DNA of 64,000 nt. Source: Salinispira sp. GTDB taxonomy: Bacteria; Spirochaetota; Spirochaetia; DSM-27196; Salinispiraceae. The notes beneath the pieces were generated by a model. That model did no database searches, was not told the origin of the DNA, and saw only the letters and a program-made list of their open reading frames with translations. Both the position numbers and the translations under genes were made by a program. The stretch spans positions 1,824,001 through 1,888,000 of the forward strand of contig OZ271918.1 in the NCBI GenBank assembly GCA_965602015.1, given 5' to 3'. This document shows, piece after piece, positions 60,905 to 64,000 of this stretch. Within the stretch, counting starts at the first letter, position 1. The number at the start of each line of letters is the position of its first letter.

Positions 60905-61665
60905 GCTTTTCTCTGCAGATTAAAATCACGGTACCATTCAGCCAGTTCTCCCGAGCTCCAGCACAGGTCTTCCCACCCGTGTAAATCGTCCCTGGCGACG
61001 GAACGCGACAGCTCTTCAAGATAGTCTTGGCGGGGTATTTCCCTGCCGCCTAGCCGCTCCATATGCGGATTCTTGATTTGGGAATCGATAAAATGAGACC
61101 CCTGCCTGGGCAGAAGCCAGCGAACCAGTCCGGCAAGGGCGAGCTTTGAGGCTCCGGGCTCTGTACTGAACATAGACTCACCGCAGAACATGCCACCCCT
61201 GTTGACGCCGTACAGGCCGCCGACGAGCCGGGATTCCCCGTCGAAAACTTCCACTGAGTGCGCTGCGCCGAGCTCGTGCAGGCTGCAGTACGCTTTTATC
61301 ATGTCCTCGCTGATCCATGTCCCGTTCTCTCCGGGGCGGTAGATTTCTGCGCAGCGGCGAATTACCGAAGAAAAAATGGAATCGCAGCGCAGTATCAGGG
61401 AATCTGTTTTCCACTCCCGAAGAGTGCGACGGGATATATGAAGTTCGGCGAGATACAACACAAATCGGGGGTCGGGAGACCACCAGATTATCGGATCGCC
61501 GGGAGAAAACCAGGGGAAATACCCCTGCTCATAGGCCGACAATAGAACTCCCTGGGAAAGATTGCCTCCGAACCCGATAATCCCCTCATCGTTACATTCT
61601 TCGGGGTCAGGTAAGGGTACGCGGTAGTCCTGGGAAAGAACGGGTATTCCGTCAAAATTATACAT
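60901..61665 (-). CDS. aat: Leucyl/phenylalanyl-tRNA--protein transferase
   Basis: GGNL...AYEQGYFPW, WWSPDPR, TWI, AHSVE, GGLYG, FCGESMFS. Confidence 0.95.
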   Translation of the reverse strand: MYNFDGIPVLSQDYRVPLPDPEECNDEGIIGFGGNLSQGVLLSAYEQGYFPWFSPGDPIIWWSPDPRFVLYLAELHISRRTLREWKTDSLILRCDSIFSSVIRRCAEIYRPGENGTWISEDMIKAYCSLHELGAAHSVEVFDGESRLVGGLYGVNRGGMFCGESMFSTEPGASKLALAGLVRWLLPRQGSHFIDSQIKNPHMERLGGREIPRQDYLEELSRSVARDDLHGWEDLCWSSGELAEWYRDFNLQRKA

Positions 61666-61751
61666 GGGGATTGCTCAGCGTTGGATGCGGCATATGCCGC
61701 CTCACAAGTAGATTTACGCGCCGGCACCGGGGACCCCGGCGCCGGCCTGTC

Positions 61752-64000
61752 TTACGCATCGACCAGCTGCTCGCCCTTTGAAGCCTTTCCTTTACCGCTC
61801 TTTTTTTTGCGTGAACGGCTAAAGGTAAACTTGAGCCGTTCTTCAGGCGCCAGGTCTTCTGATTTGAGGGTAATTTTCGCCCGGCCGCCGTTTTCCAGCT
61901 TTCCAAAGAGCACCTCATCAATGAACCGTCCGCGGATGAGGTCGTCCACCGTACGGCTGATATTTCTGGCGCCGAATTCCTCGGAATAGCCGACACGAGC
62001 TATGTATCGGATTACCTCGCGGCTCACATCAATTTCCACGGACTTATCGACCAGCTGATCGCGGAATTCGTTGATCTCCTTCTCGACGATTTCAACTATG
62101 GCCCGTTCGCTTAGTCCGTTAAACACCACGATTTTATCCAAGCGGTTGCGGAATTCCGGGCTGAACGCCTTGTCCACCGCTTCCTTGATTGCGCTGCGGT
62201 CGGTGACCCGGTTGCCGAATCCGATGAGGCTTTTACCGATATTCCTGGCACCGGCATTGCTGGTCATAATTAATATGATATTCCTGAAATCCGCCTTTCT
62301 TCCGGAATTATCCGTGAGAGTGGCATAATCCATAATCTGCAGAAGAATGTTATAAATGTCGGGGTGGGCCTTTTCGACCTCATCCAGGAGCAGAACCGCG
62401 TGGGGATTACGCCGTACTGCTTCGGTAAGCATGCCACCCTCCTCATACCCAACGTATCCCGGAGGTGAGCCGATCAGCCTGCTCACCGAATGGCGCTCCT
62501 GATATTCGGTCATATCGAATCTCAGGAGCTGTACTCCAGTCTGATCCGCTAGCTGTCGAGCCAGTTCGGTTTTACCGACCCCGGTGGGTCCGACGAACAA
62601 AAAGTTGGCAACCGGCTTGGTTCCCTTGCGAAAACCGGCGCGGCTTCGCTTGATTGATTCCACCACCGATTTGACCGCTTCATCCTGGCCGTACAGAGAA
62701 CCGAGTATCGACGGCTCGAGGGTTTTGAGCTTATCCCGTTCATTTCCGTATACCCGTTTGCGGGGAACACGGGCGATCTTCGAGATTACCGTTTCAATAT
62801 CTTCAACACTCACTTCCGGCCACTGATCCCGGTCCGCAGCGCTTGTATTATCCGCACTGTCCTCAGCCTCTGCGTCCTTCTCCCCTGCCTGATGTTCCCG
62901 GCCGTCGGTCAATAGGGCGGCTGGGGCTTCCCCGCCGACAGGCGCCGACTCCGGGGTTGCTTTCTCTTCCGGTTCCGGAGGCAGTTTAAAGGTCTTTAGA
63001 CGGATCAACGCGCCGATTTCATCTATGACATCGATGGCCTTGTCGGGAAGAAAGCGCTCATTGATGTACTGCGACGATAACTCAACGGCCTGTCTCAGGG
63101 CATCGTCAGAGTAGCGGACTTGATGATGCTCTTCGTAGTGCTTGCGCAGGCCCTTCAGGATTTCGAAGGCGTCATCGATGTTTGGCTCATCGACCTCGAT
63201 GCTCTGAAACCGCCGGGCAAGGGCATGGTCCCTCTCGATAAACCGTCGGTATTCCTCGGGAGTTGTGGCGCCGACAATACGGATTTTCCCCGAGGCCAGG
63301 GCCGGCTTGAGCATGTTCGATGCATCCATGGTTCCGCCCGAGGCGGCACCGGTGCCAACGACGGTGTGGAGCTCATCGATGAATAAAATGATTTTATCCT
63401 CGGACTCCACTTCTTTCATAAGCAGTTTCATCCGCTCTTCGAAATCACCCCGGTATCGGGTTCCGGCAACAAGGGCCCCCATGTCCAGGGCCAGCAGCTT
63501 GTATCCCTTCAGAAGATCGGGGACATCGTTTTCTCCGATGGCAAGGGCCAAACCCTCGATAATTGCGGTTTTTCCCACACCGGGCTTTCCGATGAGGACC
63601 GGATTGTTCTTTATGCGGCGCATAAGCACCTGCATGGTGCGCTCCAGCTCTGATGCACGGCCGATTATGGGGTCGATCTCGCCGTTTTTGGCGGCGCTCA
63701 CCAGGTCGCGGGTGAAGGCTTCGAGGGCTTTTTTCTTTTTCTTTCGTCCGCTTTGCTGCCCATCTTCCGATGCCTGAAACTCCCCTTCTTCCGGCTCTTC
63801 CTCGCCGGAGAAAAAACCGTCGTCATCTTCATCGCCCTCCGGACCTTCATCATCGTTCATGTCCTGTTCGCTGCGGCCGAGAACGTGACTGATCACTTCC
63901 AAAAGCGCAAGGCGGTTTATGCCCGCCTGCTCGAGGAAATAGCGGCCGTGACTTTCGGGCTCTTCAAATAACGACACCAGAATGTCGCCGGGCTCAATGG
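61752..64000 (-). CDS. clpA: ATP-dependent Clp protease ATPase subunit ClpA (5' end beyond the window)
   Basis: Two AAA+ modules (GKPGVGKT, GPTGVGKTE), IGF ClpP-docking loop, no ClpB/C middle domain, aat downstream. Confidence 0.9.
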   Translation of the reverse strand, partial: IEPGDILVSLFEEPESHGRYFLEQAGINRLALLEVISHVLGRSEQDMNDDEGPEGDEDDDGFFSGEEEPEEGEFQASEDGQQSGRKKKKKALEAFTRDLVSAAKNGEIDPIIGRASELERTMQVLMRRIKNNPVLIGKPGVGKTAIIEGLALAIGENDVPDLLKGYKLLALDMGALVAGTRYRGDFEERMKLLMKEVESEDKIILFIDELHTVVGTGAASGGTMDASNMLKPALASGKIRIVGATTPEEYRRFIERDHALARRFQSIEVDEPNIDDAFEILKGLRKHYEEHHQVRYSDDALRQAVELSSQYINERFLPDKAIDVIDEIGALIRLKTFKLPPEPEEKATPESAPVGGEAPAALLTDGREHQAGEKDAEAEDSADNTSAADRDQWPEVSVEDIETVISKIARVPRKRVYGNERDKLKTLEPSILGSLYGQDEAVKSVVESIKRSRAGFRKGTKPVANFLFVGPTGVGKTELARQLADQTGVQLLRFDMTEYQERHSVSRLIGSPPGYVGYEEGGMLTEAVRRNPHAVLLLDEVEKAHPDIYNILLQIMDYATLTDNSGRKADFRNIILIMTSNAGARNIGKSLIGFGNRVTDRSAIKEAVDKAFSPEFRNRLDKIVVFNGLSERAIVEIVEKEINEFRDQLVDKSVEIDVSREVIRYIARVGYSEEFGARNISRTVDDLIRGRFIDEVLFGKLENGGRAKITLKSEDLAPEERLKFTFSRSRKKKSGKGKASKGEQLVDA

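Overview
A 64 kb core-genome segment of a roughly 55% GC spirochete, probably Spirochaetaceae. The gene set and order resemble Borrelia/Treponema: rplU-prp-rpmA-obgE-nadD...spoVG-rplY-pth; flgF/flhO-flgG-flgJ-rpoS-like-deacetylase-tsaD-apt; gltX-glyQS-tyrS; P83/100; fused pyrBI. It holds about 55 CDS and two tRNA-Gln genes. I see no mobile element, CRISPR array or prophage. The most interesting signals are non-coding. (1) An unannotated 28-codon Ile-rich leader peptide with antiterminator/terminator in front of citramalate synthase (cimA). (2) A stand-alone ~95 nt structured RNA candidate with a sigma28-like promoter, a C-rich anti-Shine-Dalgarno loop and its own terminator. (3) A consensus sigma54 promoter on an rpoS-like sigma factor gene directly downstream of a flgFGJ operon that has a sigma28-like promoter. 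(4) A sigma54 promoter plus palindromic enhancer-like sites upstream of gltBD. Notable proteins: a Prp protease next to an L27 with no leader to cleave, a mini-ParB with a C-terminal amphipathic helix next to PBP1A, and an ECF/anti-sigma/mini-MotA cassette. All calls are by eye; no database searches or folding programs were run.
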